A DNA stretch of 45,904 nt from Nitrospirota bacterium (GCA_043816605.1 JBDRHR010000102.1:1-45904), one strand, 5' to 3'; counted from the first letter of the stretch, positions 1 to 9,440 are shown. The notes: a model not told the origin generated them from the letters alone. Made by a program: numbers and translations.

Positions 1-160
1 GTAATGGGTCAGTTATCAGGGGGAGGAAGGGGTCCAGGATTCGAGGGTTCAAGGGTTCGAGTGTTTGTTTTTCCTTATTCCACTTGCCCCCTCGACCCCT
101 CAACCCCTTGAATCCTGTTGATACATTTTTCTATATCCCCCCCGAAGACTGACCCATTAC
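1..160. repeat. MITE-like element: 13-bp terminal inverted repeat enclosing an 8-bp-period inverted repeat
   Basis: gtaatgggtcagt (1-13) is the exact reverse complement of actgacccattac (148-160); the inner arms ggattcgagggttcaagggttcgagtg (~37-63) and cacttgccccctcgacccctcaaccccttgaatcc (~81-115) are imperfect inverted 8-mer arrays. Confidence 0.8.
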
Positions 161-286
161 ATAATTATACAGTTTCTGTTTATCTCCGAAAATCTTATTA
201 TACTTGCTTGATTTTTTCCCCAAATTTATAGTTTTCTAACTGTATAACATACATTTTGTAAATGATATCAAGAGAGATGGATAACT

Positions 287-431
287 ATAAGCATTCAGCC
301 GTCAACTTTCGGCATTCAGCCAGAATTAGAAAAATCAAAGGAAAATTGAACTTCACAATTTTATACCTTCTCTATTTTGTGACCTGACTCCTTAAAAACT
401 GATAGCTGACGGCTGATAGATGAACGCTTAC
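287..431. repeat. Heptamer-period inverted repeat element (TCAGC/GCTGA family)
   Basis: ataagcattcagccgtcaactttcggcattcagc (287-320) versus ctgatagctgacggctgatagatgaacgcttac (399-431). Confidence 0.7.
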
Positions 432-459
432 CTTAATCTCTCCCATCTTCCTCATTTTC

Positions 460-488
460 ATTCTACCAAATTTCTTAGATATTGTCAA
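460..488 (-). promoter_or_regulatory. sigma70-type promoter
   Basis: Minus strand TTGACA (488-483), 17 nt, TAGAAT (465-460). Confidence 0.6.
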
Positions 489-507
489 TCCTTTTTTGCC
501 TTATTCT

Positions 508-719
508 GTAATGGGTTAGTTACTGGTGGAAAATTCATCAAAAGGAAAATCCGAATCTCGAAATCCGAAATCCGAAACAATATCAAATTACCAAAATACA
601 AATGGTTAAAACAAGAACTATTTCGATATGTGGATTTTGAATTTTGGATTTGTTTCGAATTTCGATATTCGGATTTCGGATTTATAAAACTTTTTCCCCA
701 CTGATAACTGAGGCATTAT
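508..719. repeat. GTAATG-ended wrapper enclosing a heptamer (AAATCCG) inverted repeat
   Basis: Ends gtaatgggttagttactggtggaaaa and ttttccccactgataactgaggcattat resemble the ends of 1-160; inner arms at 547-580 and 650-683. Confidence 0.75.
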
Positions 720-810
720 CTCATCCTTTTGCCCCAGTTATCAAAGATAATATAGACAATGGAGACGATTATCAGGGACAATTAAGTATTGTGTCCTCCG
801 AATACAAAAC

Positions 811-1071
811 TCAAACCATTACGGCTTCTACACCATAGTTTATAAGTGGAACAGATACAGTAGGTGCTCTGTCTATACGCTTACTGTCCTTAATGAGTTC
901 AGCAATGTGTTCTCCTACCTCTGCGATAACAACTTTTTCCCCACATTGAGGACATACCCCTGCTGGAACATTCTCAATAATTACCAACTTGTTCTTAATC
1001 CAGAAATCTTGATGGATACTCCTCTCCTGAAGAAATGTATTACAGATTTTACATTCTCCATAGTTATACAT
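811..1071 (-). CDS. YgiT-type zinc finger protein (MqsA N-terminal-like, putative antitoxin)
   Basis: CxxC...IIENVPAGVCPQCGE motif; start moved to the ATG at 1071 behind a GGAGGA ribosome-binding site. Confidence 0.85.
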   Translation of the reverse strand: MYNYGECKICNTFLQERSIHQDFWIKNKLVIIENVPAGVCPQCGEKVVIAEVGEHIAELIKDSKRIDRAPTVSVPLINYGVEAVMV

Positions 1072-1086
1072 TTTATCTCCTCCTAC

Positions 1087-1483
1087 AATATTACGACCTG
1101 TGCAATCGGAATTCACTACACAGCATAACCTATAACAATTCCACCTGCTACAATAATGTCACCCTTTCAGGGTTTAATTGTTGTTCAACAAATGCTACAA
1201 TAATATCATCCCTTCGGGATTAAATGCAAATTATACCACTTATACTAATTATACTAAGTTTTCGCCTGATCATTTTCTCAATTTTTAATTTTTAATTCAT
1301 AATTTTTAATTCTTAACAATTAGGCAAAAACTTTATATAAATCGTATTATTGAAGGCAAAATCCAACCCCAACGGGGTGATATTATTGTAGCAAAACAGC
1401 CAGAACAAGCAATCATAACCCCGAAGGGGTGGAATTATTATAGATTCATTATAACAAATTCCGATTGCACAGGTCGCAATATT
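1087..1483. mobile_element. Non-autonomous element of about 400 bp with 27-bp terminal inverted repeats and internal REP-like hairpins
   Basis: aatattacgacctgtgcaatcggaatt (1087-1113) versus aattccgattgcacaggtcgcaatatt (1457-1483), 26/27 match; internal hairpins accctttcagggt, atcccttcgggat, accccaacggggt, accccgaaggggt. Confidence 0.8.
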
Positions 1484-1757
1484 ATAAAGCATATACTGTG
1501 ATAAAAAGTAATTTGTCTGTACTTTTGATTCTACAGATGATACCAATCTCTCTTCCGTCCATAGATTGACCTACAATTTCATAGCGTATCCCCATGGGAT
1601 CCCGTGTAAATTTCCGTCTAATTCTGCCTGTGGCTATAGCTCTTTTAACATCCGCAAATTCAAACTCGTCTGCTGACATCTCTTCAAAAAAGTGTGGAAT
1701 TGCAAATTCATATTCTTTGTCAATAACCTTTTTGCGTATTTTGTCAATTATATCCAC
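1482..1757 (-). CDS. DUF4258-family protein (putative RelE-like toxin)
   Basis: 91 aa with H-x-x-E-E-M, ending ...LLFITVYAL; upstream of a YgiT zinc finger, the usual pairing. Confidence 0.8.
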   Translation of the reverse strand: MDIIDKIRKKVIDKEYEFAIPHFFEEMSADEFEFADVKRAIATGRIRRKFTRDPMGIRYEIVGQSMDGREIGIICRIKSTDKLLFITVYAL

Positions 1758-1795
1758 ACTCTGTCTTTCCTTTCAACCAATTACCTCTTATAAAG

Positions 1796-1824
1796 AGGAT
1801 AACAAATTTATTAGCTATTGTCAA
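1796..1824 (-). promoter_or_regulatory. sigma70-type promoter for the DUF4258-YgiT pair
   Basis: TTGACA, 17 nt, TATCCT with a TG extended -10. Confidence 0.55.
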
Positions 1825-1850
1825 CCTTTTTTTGCCTCAGCAATTCTAAT

Positions 1851-2005
1851 TTTAGCCACAAAGTCACAAAGAACACAAAGGAGAATAATAATCTTTTGAC
1901 AGGATTAACAAGATGAACATGATAATTTTCTTGTCTATCCTGTTATCCTGTCTAATATTTTATACTATAAAAATTTTCTTGGTGTCTTAGTGTCTTCGTG
2001 GCAAA
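1851..2005. repeat. Nested 9-bp-period inverted repeat elements overlapping the RND stop codon
   Basis: Outer gccacaaagtcacaaagaacacaaag / cttggtgtcttagtgtcttcgtggc; inner gacaggattaacaagatgaacatgat / ttgtctatcctgttatcctgtc. Confidence 0.75.
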
Positions 2006-5000
2006 TTTTCCGCTTCCTATCAAAGACAATATAGACAATCGGCACGATTATCAGGGTGAGTATTGTGGATGAGGTAAGCCCTCCCATAACTCCAATCGCC
2101 AGCCCTTGCATCTCTTCTTCGCCCTCTCGCAAAGCCAGAGCCATAGGCAATAGAGCAAAGAAGGTACAGATAGCCGTCATAAGAATTGGTCTGAGTCTAA
2201 TCCTGGCGGCTGAGATTACCGCCTCTTTTATCTCTAATCCCTTTTTTCTCTGCTGATTGATGAAGTCAACTAAGATAATGGCATTGGTTACCACAATCCC
2301 AACCAGCATAATTATACCAATAAATGAACTGATGTTTAATGATTGTTGGGTAATAAACAATGCCAAAAATACCCCTATTGCGGCAAAGGGGAGAGAGGTC
2401 ATAATGGTCAATGGATGGATTAAGGATTCAAATTGAGCGGCCATAATCATATAGACCAGGACAACAGCAAAGATAAGCATCAGACCAAGGTCACGAAATG
2501 TCCCCCGCATATCCTCATATTCACCACCAAAATCAATCAAATATCCCTGGGGTAAGGGTATTTTTGGTAAAGTATTTTTGACCTCTTTCATAACATCACC
2601 AAGTTTACGACCAGCGAGATTAGCATTAATAATCACCAGCCGTTTCTTATTAAATCGCTTGATATTGCCTGCCCCTTTTCCTTGTTCAATCTTTGCCACA
2701 TCCCGCAGTAAAACTTGAGTCCCAAAGGGTGTAGGGAGGCTGATATTTCCTATATTCTCAATGCTTTTTCGCTGCGACTCGGCAAGCCTGACGCGGATGT
2801 CAATCTCTTCCCCCTTCTGTCTCAACCTTGTCCAAACATCACCACCTACAGCCATTTTAACTACCCCTGCCGCCTGAGCAATACTTAACCCTGCCTGTGA
2901 TAGCTTCTCGCGGTCATAGATTATCTGAAATTCAGGATTCCCCTCTTGAATGCTTGTCGTAACATCAACTACCCCTTCGATCTTTGAAATTACCTGCTTG
3001 ACCTCCTCGGCGATGCTTTTCAAGGTAGGCAGGTCATCACCACTCACCTTGATTTCAACCGGAGCCTTACCGCCCATCATCATACTGCTAATATCATTGA
3101 TTTCAAGAACTGCCCCAGGAATAGAAGTAGCGATTTCCCTTATCTGCTTAGTTACATCATCAGTGGTTACGCTTCTTTCCTTGCGGTCTTTTAAGGCAAC
3201 CATAATCATACCCGTATTGACTCCAGATACCTCACCCATTCCCATTGAACCTGCCCGTGCTCCTCCTGCCTGGTCTTCTCCTGTAAGAGTGAAAACCGTG
3301 TCTATCCCTTCAATCTTGCCGATATTGTTTTCCAGAAAAGAGACCGCCTCAGATGTTTCTTTGAGGGATGTCCCCACAGGCATTTTTAACCTTGCCATAA
3401 AAAAGCCGGAATCAGATTTTGGGATAAATTCCTGAGGAATGAAAACAATCAGAATAAGGCTTAAGACAAGTAAAAACAGGGAGGATGTAAGCACCTTCTT
3501 TTTATGGTCAAGGCACCATAAAAGTATCTTCCCATATCTTTCTCGCAGGGCATGATACCAACCTGTTTCTTTCTCTTCACCGGTAGTGGCGGTTAAGAGT
3601 TTTGATGCCATCATTGGGGTAAGGGTAATAGCCACAAATAGCGAGGCAAATAAGGCATAAGCGACTACCCAGCCAAAGGCTTTGAATAGCTCTCCGGCAA
3701 TCCCTGTTACGAAGACTAACGGAAAGAAAACTGCAACCGTTGTCAATGTGGAGACAATAATGGGCATAGAGACCTCAGTCGCACCGACAATAGCCGCCTC
3801 TTGCCTGTCTTTACCCGCACTTATATGCCGAAAGATATTTTCAATGACCACAATAGCATCGTCCACCAATCTACCCATGGCAATGATGAGTCCGGATAAG
3901 GTCATAATGTTAATGGTGAACCCTTTGAAATACATAAAGATAAAGGCAGTAATGATGGAGAAAGGGATGGCAAGAGAGACAATAAAGGTTGGTCTAACAT
4001 TACGCAAGAAGAAGAGAAGAACGATTACCACGAAAATCCCTCCTTCAATGCCACTCCATTTGGTAGAGTTAATCGTGTTTCTTATCTGTTTAGCCGGTTC
4101 AAATACCTTGTGTATCTTGACATCTGCCGGTAAATACCCTTCGATTATCGGTAATTGCCGCAGGATTTCATCTGTCACGGCTACGGTATTGGCATCTGCC
4201 TCCTTACGGACAATCATCCCTACTGTTTGTTGCCCTTTTAATCTGCCATAGCCTCTTTGTTCCTTAAAGGTATCCTTTACCTCAGATACATCCCTTAGAT
4301 AGACAGGATTACCTTGTTTTATACCGATGATGAGCTTCTCCATCTCCTTTGCTTGACTGAACTCGCCAATAGTCCGGAAGGTGTATTCTGTGGGTCCCTG
4401 GGTTATCTTTCCACAGGTTTTATTCATATTTTCCAGACGCAATTTTTGTGCTATTTCAACAAGTGATATTCCGCGGCTTTTAAGTTTATCTGCATCAACC
4501 TCAATCAATACCTCCCGAATAAGCCCACCCATGGCCATAGCCTGACCAACACCTTTTATTCTTTCTATGCGGGGAACAATAATATCATCAGCTAAATCCT
4601 TTAATTGGGCGAGGTCTCGTTTGCTGGAAATGGTCAAAGCCAAAACAGGCATAGCCCCGATGTCCATTTTGATAACCATAGGGTCTTTCACATCCTCCGG
4701 CAGGAAAGCCTTTATAGTTGATAGCCTTTCCCGAATATCTGCTATAGCACTGTCTAAGTCTGTCCCCCAGTTAAACTCTACCGTGACTAAGGAAACGCCT
4801 TCCTGTGAGGTAGAGGAAATCTTCTTTACATCTGAGACGGTAGAAACAGCATCCTCAATAGGCTTGGTTAGCAATTCTTCTATCTCCTCCGGTGCTACCC
4901 CTTCATAGTTAGTAATGATAGTGGTAACCGGGTAGTCTATGTCCGGCATAAGGTCAATAGTCAATTTAGAAAAGGCAACTATGCCGATGATAATGATAAT

Positions 5001-5057
5001 CAGCATCACCATTAACATAGAAACCGGTCTTTTGACGGATAGTTCTGGGATGTTCAT
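1965..5057 (-). CDS. RND efflux permease, AcrB/AcrD/AcrF (HAE1) family
   Basis: 1030 aa; VDDAIVVIENI and RLRPILMT motifs; 12-TM RND layout. Confidence 0.95.
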   Translation of the reverse strand: MNIPELSVKRPVSMLMVMLIIIIIGIVAFSKLTIDLMPDIDYPVTTIITNYEGVAPEEIEELLTKPIEDAVSTVSDVKKISSTSQEGVSLVTVEFNWGTDLDSAIADIRERLSTIKAFLPEDVKDPMVIKMDIGAMPVLALTISSKRDLAQLKDLADDIIVPRIERIKGVGQAMAMGGLIREVLIEVDADKLKSRGISLVEIAQKLRLENMNKTCGKITQGPTEYTFRTIGEFSQAKEMEKLIIGIKQGNPVYLRDVSEVKDTFKEQRGYGRLKGQQTVGMIVRKEADANTVAVTDEILRQLPIIEGYLPADVKIHKVFEPAKQIRNTINSTKWSGIEGGIFVVIVLLFFLRNVRPTFIVSLAIPFSIITAFIFMYFKGFTINIMTLSGLIIAMGRLVDDAIVVIENIFRHISAGKDRQEAAIVGATEVSMPIIVSTLTTVAVFFPLVFVTGIAGELFKAFGWVVAYALFASLFVAITLTPMMASKLLTATTGEEKETGWYHALRERYGKILLWCLDHKKKVLTSSLFLLVLSLILIVFIPQEFIPKSDSGFFMARLKMPVGTSLKETSEAVSFLENNIGKIEGIDTVFTLTGEDQAGGARAGSMGMGEVSGVNTGMIMVALKDRKERSVTTDDVTKQIREIATSIPGAVLEINDISSMMMGGKAPVEIKVSGDDLPTLKSIAEEVKQVISKIEGVVDVTTSIQEGNPEFQIIYDREKLSQAGLSIAQAAGVVKMAVGGDVWTRLRQKGEEIDIRVRLAESQRKSIENIGNISLPTPFGTQVLLRDVAKIEQGKGAGNIKRFNKKRLVIINANLAGRKLGDVMKEVKNTLPKIPLPQGYLIDFGGEYEDMRGTFRDLGLMLIFAVVLVYMIMAAQFESLIHPLTIMTSLPFAAIGVFLALFITQQSLNISSFIGIIMLVGIVVTNAIILVDFINQQRKKGLEIKEAVISAARIRLRPILMTAICTFFALLPMALALREGEEEMQGLAIGVMGGLTSSTILTLIIVPIVYIVFDRKRKICHEDTKTPRKFL

Positions 5058-5268
5058 TTCTGTTTAATCTCCTCGTTCAAAGTCTGAATCAAATTATCAA
5101 AGCCTGAAAGGCGGCAGAGGTAATCATTGACGGAATTTGGGTAATAATTCCCAAATCTTATCAGACTTTATGAACATTTCTTTACCTCAAGGATAGGATA
5201 CTTAACAATATTGTTAATTATTGTATTTTAACATCTTCAATAATACAACCTTTGCATTCACTTACCAG

Positions 5269-5331
5269 GATATGTAATCGTCCGGGTGATTGCCGGACGA
5301 TTGCCGGACGATTGCCGGACGATTACATATC
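5269..5331. repeat. Perfect 17-bp inverted repeat with an 11-bp tandem expansion of one arm
   Basis: gatatgtaatcgtccgg (5269-5285) / ccggacgattacatatc (5315-5331); gattgccggac x3. Confidence 0.8.
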
Positions 5332-5350
5332 GGGTAGCTGACCCCTTACC

Positions 5351-5398
5351 TAATCAGGTAACAATGAATTACCTGATTATTACCTGATTAATTACCTG
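5351..5398. repeat. Short inverted/tandem repeat (TAATCAGGTAA family)
   Basis: taatcaggtaa followed by ttacctgatta x2; related to 20286-20358 and 22662-22733. Confidence 0.6.
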
Positions 5399-5512
5399 TT
5401 TGTCTTCATCATATAGACTATGCTTCTACCTTATAATAAAGTTTCTGTGAATCGCAAGGGACGGTAACAATTAAGGTTAGGCTCACTGTTTCCATTGCCT
5501 GCATTTACTTCT

Positions 5513-5680
5513 GGAGTTCAGGCTTCAGCCTTTCATCTAACGAATGAAACCCTAAAGGGTAAATTCCATTCATTAATAAAGGGTGAATTCCATTCGTTAT
5601 CGGAGTTAACTCTTTAGAGTTTCATTTGGAATTAAGTCTTTAGAGTTTCATTATCCTGGATTTTACCCTTTAGGGTTTCA
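5513..5680. repeat. REP cluster 1 (five full 23-bp copies plus a partial), overlapping the mcrB 3' end
   Basis: Copies at 5513, 5545 (reverse), 5577 (partial), 5602, 5628, 5658; consensus GGANTTN-stem4-TTYA-stem4-TTCA. Confidence 0.9.
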
Positions 5681-7335
5681 TTTAGTGCATTAATAAAGTC
5701 ATCATCATTATTAAATTCATCTTCTTTCTTAATCCTATACACCTTCTGCTCCGAGTCATAGTACTCCCCGTACTCCCCTAATTTCTTTTTTGTATCTTCA
5801 TCAATTTTAGTTTCTTCAATAAACTTCTTTCCAATTACTACCTTTAACTTCCCCAAATCATCATAGAAATACTCCTGTAACAGAGGCACAATCTCGTAAA
5901 ACCAGACAAACCTCAGGGTTTCAACCTTTTTGTCTTTTTCGGCATTTTTCACCTTCAAAAAGTAGCTGTGTCCAATCTGATGGTCTCTATCTCTAAGGAT
6001 TTCTATCCTTTCGTTGAGTTTTTCAAGTAATTCCTTGAGATTGATTTCACTTCTTTCTATTTCTACTTTCACACCTTCCAATTCCTCTGGTTCAGGCATT
6101 AACTCCAAAAATGTAAACCGTCTCCTCAAGGCTACATCTAACAGAGCAATACTCTTATCCGCTGTGTTCATCGTGCCAATAATATAAAGGTTTGGAGGAA
6201 CGCCAAAGGGTTCTTTTGAATACGGAAGCTCAACAATGAGTTTATTGTCTCCTCTAATTCGCTTATCATCTTCGATAAGGGTAATAAGTTCACCAAATAT
6301 CTTTGAGATATTGCCTCGGTTGATTTCATCAATGATGAGAAGATAGTTATTGTTAGGATAATTATTTGCCTCTTCGCAGATTTGCTTGAAGATACCAGGT
6401 CGAACTGGATAGGTAATGTTACCGTTCCCATCTGCTTCAGGCTTTATGCCTTCAACAAACTCCTCATAGGCATAGGATTGGTGGAAGGTGATAAATTTGT
6501 AATTCTTCCATTCCTCAGTAAGTTTATTTGCCCAATATGTCTTTCCAGTTCCTGGTGGACCGTAGAGGATTAAGTTTTTGGAGTGATTAAGTAATTTTTT
6601 TATCTTACAAATTAGAACTCCATTATTCTCTATTCCTTTTGTCCAGTCTCCGTAAAGAAAATTATCCAAATCCCTAAAATCTTTCTGTAAGGGTAAGTCA
6701 GCTATCTCTCTAATATTAGTGAGTAATTCTACATTATCTAAGTAATCTTTTAGTGTTGAGTTAATTTGCTTTGCTTTGATTCTTTCTATGCCGTATCTCT
6801 TTAACCCTTTAATAGTCGCACCATTAACCACAGGATAAACTGTAGGATGAAGAGCATAGAAAATGGGGGATAAGGTTCCAGATTTAAGACCTTTAATTTC
6901 TAACTTGGAAAATTTCTCAACATCTTCATCTAATCCCTTTTTATTTTTCTTCTCAACCAGTGTCCGTAAAAATTCCTGTATATCTTTTTTATTTTCTTCA
7001 GTAGGTTTAAATTTTCTTGTGTCAATAGTGACAAATCCCACTTTGTTTTTCTCCAAGAAACCAACAAGTTCGTTTTTCTCATCACCACCTATGTTTAGTT
7101 TTTTTATGTATCCTGTTTTTGTTTTTTCCGTTCGTTCTCCATCAGAACACCCAAATATTGCATCTAAATCATCTTTTTCAACAATATCCTTTTTAAGAAT
7201 CACTTCTATCAGTTGTCGAATTAAGATACTGGTATTCTTAGCAATCTCTGATATTTTTTCCCATTCACACTGCTTTTTATATCTTTCAGCATCCTCTATT
7301 ATTTTCTTTTTTACCTTTTCAGTTAACTCTACCAT
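5632..7335 (-). CDS. mcrB: McrB-family AAA+ GTPase (type IV restriction) with an unassigned N-terminal domain of about 230 aa
   Basis: GPPGTGKT, ITFHQSYAYEEFVEG, LIIDEINRGN, MNTADKS (NxxD), ALRRRF, IGHSYF. Confidence 0.92.
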   Translation of the reverse strand: MVELTEKVKKKIIEDAERYKKQCEWEKISEIAKNTSILIRQLIEVILKKDIVEKDDLDAIFGCSDGERTEKTKTGYIKKLNIGGDEKNELVGFLEKNKVGFVTIDTRKFKPTEENKKDIQEFLRTLVEKKNKKGLDEDVEKFSKLEIKGLKSGTLSPIFYALHPTVYPVVNGATIKGLKRYGIERIKAKQINSTLKDYLDNVELLTNIREIADLPLQKDFRDLDNFLYGDWTKGIENNGVLICKIKKLLNHSKNLILYGPPGTGKTYWANKLTEEWKNYKFITFHQSYAYEEFVEGIKPEADGNGNITYPVRPGIFKQICEEANNYPNNNYLLIIDEINRGNISKIFGELITLIEDDKRIRGDNKLIVELPYSKEPFGVPPNLYIIGTMNTADKSIALLDVALRRRFTFLELMPEPEELEGVKVEIERSEINLKELLEKLNERIEILRDRDHQIGHSYFLKVKNAEKDKKVETLRFVWFYEIVPLLQEYFYDDLGKLKVVIGKKFIEETKIDEDTKKKLGEYGEYYDSEQKVYRIKKEDEFNNDDDFINALNETLKGKIQDNETLKT

Positions 7336-7358
7336 TTTCTTTACCTCCTATAAATTTT

Positions 7359-7478
7359 TGAAATTCTAAAGAATTAATTCCATTAAACTTGGAATTCACC
7401 CTTTAGGGTTTCATCTCTACTATAGTTATGAAATTCTAAAGAATTAATTCCAGAATGAAATCCCAAAGGATTAACTCC
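7359..7478. repeat. REP cluster 2 (four copies)
   Basis: 7359 (reverse), 7391, 7429 (reverse), 7456 (reverse). Confidence 0.9.
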
Positions 7479-7487
7479 AACTCCATT

Positions 7488-8018
7488 TCAATCCTTCCAA
7501 CTCAGTGAAAAATCAATAATCGGATATGACTCAAAGCAAGACATTATCCATTTCATTCCATATTTTCGCAAATAATACTGAAAACTTGAATATTGCCAGT
7601 CTTCCATTTGTTTGGCATAGCCATGTTTTACCGGATTATGATGAATATAGTTGAAGTGCATCCACCTATCTTTCTCATCTTTTGGACAATAGTCCCAATA
7701 GTTCTGCCAAATTTTTCGCCCACTTTCTTTATCCTCTAAATTCCATTTATGAGAAGCGCTTCCATGTATTTTTTGAATGAGTTTTGGTATATCATTTCCT
7801 TTACTTGTTTTAAATAAAATATGATAGTGATTGTCAAGAATTACCCATGCCTTAATCTTATATCCAAATTTAGAGTAAACATCTTTTAATAAATCTCTTA
7901 ATTCTGATTTGCGTAAGTCATTTGCTATAATTGGTTGTTTTTGATACACACCTACACTCAAGAAATACCAAGTATCATCATAATACAAATGAAGGGGATG
8001 GTGTAATTTCTGAGGCAT
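7488..8018 (-). CDS. REP-associated tyrosine transposase (RAYT / TnpA-REP, HUH Y1 family)
   Basis: AWVILDNHYH (HUH), WQNYWD, NYIHHNPVKHG, W-x-YSS; flanked on both sides by REP copies. Confidence 0.9.
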   Translation of the reverse strand: MPQKLHHPLHLYYDDTWYFLSVGVYQKQPIIANDLRKSELRDLLKDVYSKFGYKIKAWVILDNHYHILFKTSKGNDIPKLIQKIHGSASHKWNLEDKESGRKIWQNYWDYCPKDEKDRWMHFNYIHHNPVKHGYAKQMEDWQYSSFQYYLRKYGMKWIMSCFESYPIIDFSLSWKD

Positions 8019-8031
8019 TTTTACACTCCTT

Positions 8032-8128
8032 TGAAATTCTAAAGAATTAATTCCGGAATGAAGAATGAAATCCTAAAGGATTAACTCCAGAATCTAATCC
8101 TGGATTTTACCCTTTAGGGTTTCATTTA
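8032..8128. repeat. REP cluster 3 (three copies), overlapping the mcrC 3' end
   Basis: 8032 (reverse), 8066 (reverse), 8102. Confidence 0.9.
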
Positions 8129-9407
8129 ACTCATTCCTCAATTCCTCTTTCTCCTTCTTTAAATCCCGATTAAGGTTCACTGTGCAAATGAGGATTTTTC
8201 TATTACCCTCTTTCACAAAATAATCTTTCTTAACTTCTTTTTCCCATTGCGGATAAAGTAAAATAACCTTTGGGCAGTTATGCCTTTGACTATACGCAAA
8301 CATCTGATACATATCCTCTGATGTAACATCTTTTTCAGTTTCCAGCCGCTTATATTTTGTATCAATAATCAATTTACATTCCTTATCGTTATTTCTACTA
8401 ACAAAAAGAATATCTGGCTGAAGATGGAATGCTCCTTCAATACCATTCTTATAAACCAAATATTCCCCTCTTTTCTGAGTGATAATTTCACACTCGTTAT
8501 AATCTGTATTGTCTAAAATTCTCTCCTTTTTAATAAACTCAGCAATAAACTCCTCAAACAATTTATTCATATCAAAAAGCAAGGAGAAGGTTTCTACCTT
8601 ACCGACCGAAAGTTGAATAGAGGAATCACAAATAAATAATTTAGCCAGATTGAATACGGGTTTATACGCATCTATTAATCTTGTAAATGTAAATTTCTTA
8701 CAGTCATTCGAAGAAATCATTTTATCGCTTACATCTGAAAAAATAAAAGCAAGTTGTCGTAAAAGTCGCTTATTCCCCTCACTCTCGGATACAGTTAATA
8801 AACACTGGATGGTGAATTTTAATATCTGATTAAGAAGATTATCCTCTGTGAATTCATCATAGGCAACTAAAAAATAATGTTTGCTTATTGGATGATGTCT
8901 CAATTGTTTTGTGATAAGCCATTTTCCTTTAAGAAAGCCGGTTTTCTCTTCAACCACCTCATACCTTCGATGAATACCTTTTTTCAATAATTCATCAAGA
9001 TTTTTCGCAAAGAGATAAATAAGCACCTCAAAGAAACTATCTCGCTTTGAAGTAAGACTGGCAATTTCTGACTCCTTAATGGTTAATTTCTTAGTATACG
9101 ATAATAAAAAAAGCAGATTTTGGGTAGCAGTTTGTTTCTTCTGTTTATCCTTATCCTCCATCCCATTTTCTTTAAAATCAAGTTTTGGTAATATCTGAAT
9201 GGTTTTATTTCTGCACCTGATTACCCCTACATAAGAAGTTGCTTCAATTTCCTTCCAACCTAAATTAAAAATTGTTGCCTTTTGTTTTTTATTTATGCGG
9301 TCTATCTGATTCTTGTCCGAATCTGTTAATTCTATCTTCTCTTTAGGGTCTGGCGAAAGGTTTTTATATTCATATTTTTTATGCTCAAAAAATGTAATTA
9401 GTTTCAA
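8094..9407 (-). CDS. mcrC: McrC-family PD-(D/E)xK nuclease subunit
   Basis: YVGVI, IQILPK, FDMNKLFEEF, PDIL...IIDTKYK, DMYQMFAY; TTG start. Confidence 0.92.
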   Translation of the reverse strand: MKLITFFEHKKYEYKNLSPDPKEKIELTDSDKNQIDRINKKQKATIFNLGWKEIEATSYVGVIRCRNKTIQILPKLDFKENGMEDKDKQKKQTATQNLLFLLSYTKKLTIKESEIASLTSKRDSFFEVLIYLFAKNLDELLKKGIHRRYEVVEEKTGFLKGKWLITKQLRHHPISKHYFLVAYDEFTEDNLLNQILKFTIQCLLTVSESEGNKRLLRQLAFIFSDVSDKMISSNDCKKFTFTRLIDAYKPVFNLAKLFICDSSIQLSVGKVETFSLLFDMNKLFEEFIAEFIKKERILDNTDYNECEIITQKRGEYLVYKNGIEGAFHLQPDILFVSRNNDKECKLIIDTKYKRLETEKDVTSEDMYQMFAYSQRHNCPKVILLYPQWEKEVKKDYFVKEGNRKILICTVNLNRDLKKEKEELRNELNETLKGKIQD

Positions 9408-9440
9408 GTATCTGCTTCCTTGCTATTAATTTTAATAATG

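Noticed and set aside
420-838. ORFs 420-704 and 644-838
   Set aside because: They are translations of heptamer repeat arms (KIRISKSEIRN; FEFRYSDFGF) with no protein family signal.
907-1899. ORFs 907-1128, 1035-1223, 1313-1546, 1594-1899
   Set aside because: Antisense shadows of real genes or read-through of the 1087-1483 element.
2056-4908. Plus-strand ORFs within the RND gene (and similar antisense ORFs throughout the window)
   Set aside because: Shadow frames of well-supported genes, with no motifs.
7488-8018. Classical IS200/IS605 element with tnpB
   Set aside because: No tnpB; the NPVKHG and WxYSS motifs and multiple flanking REPs fit a RAYT.
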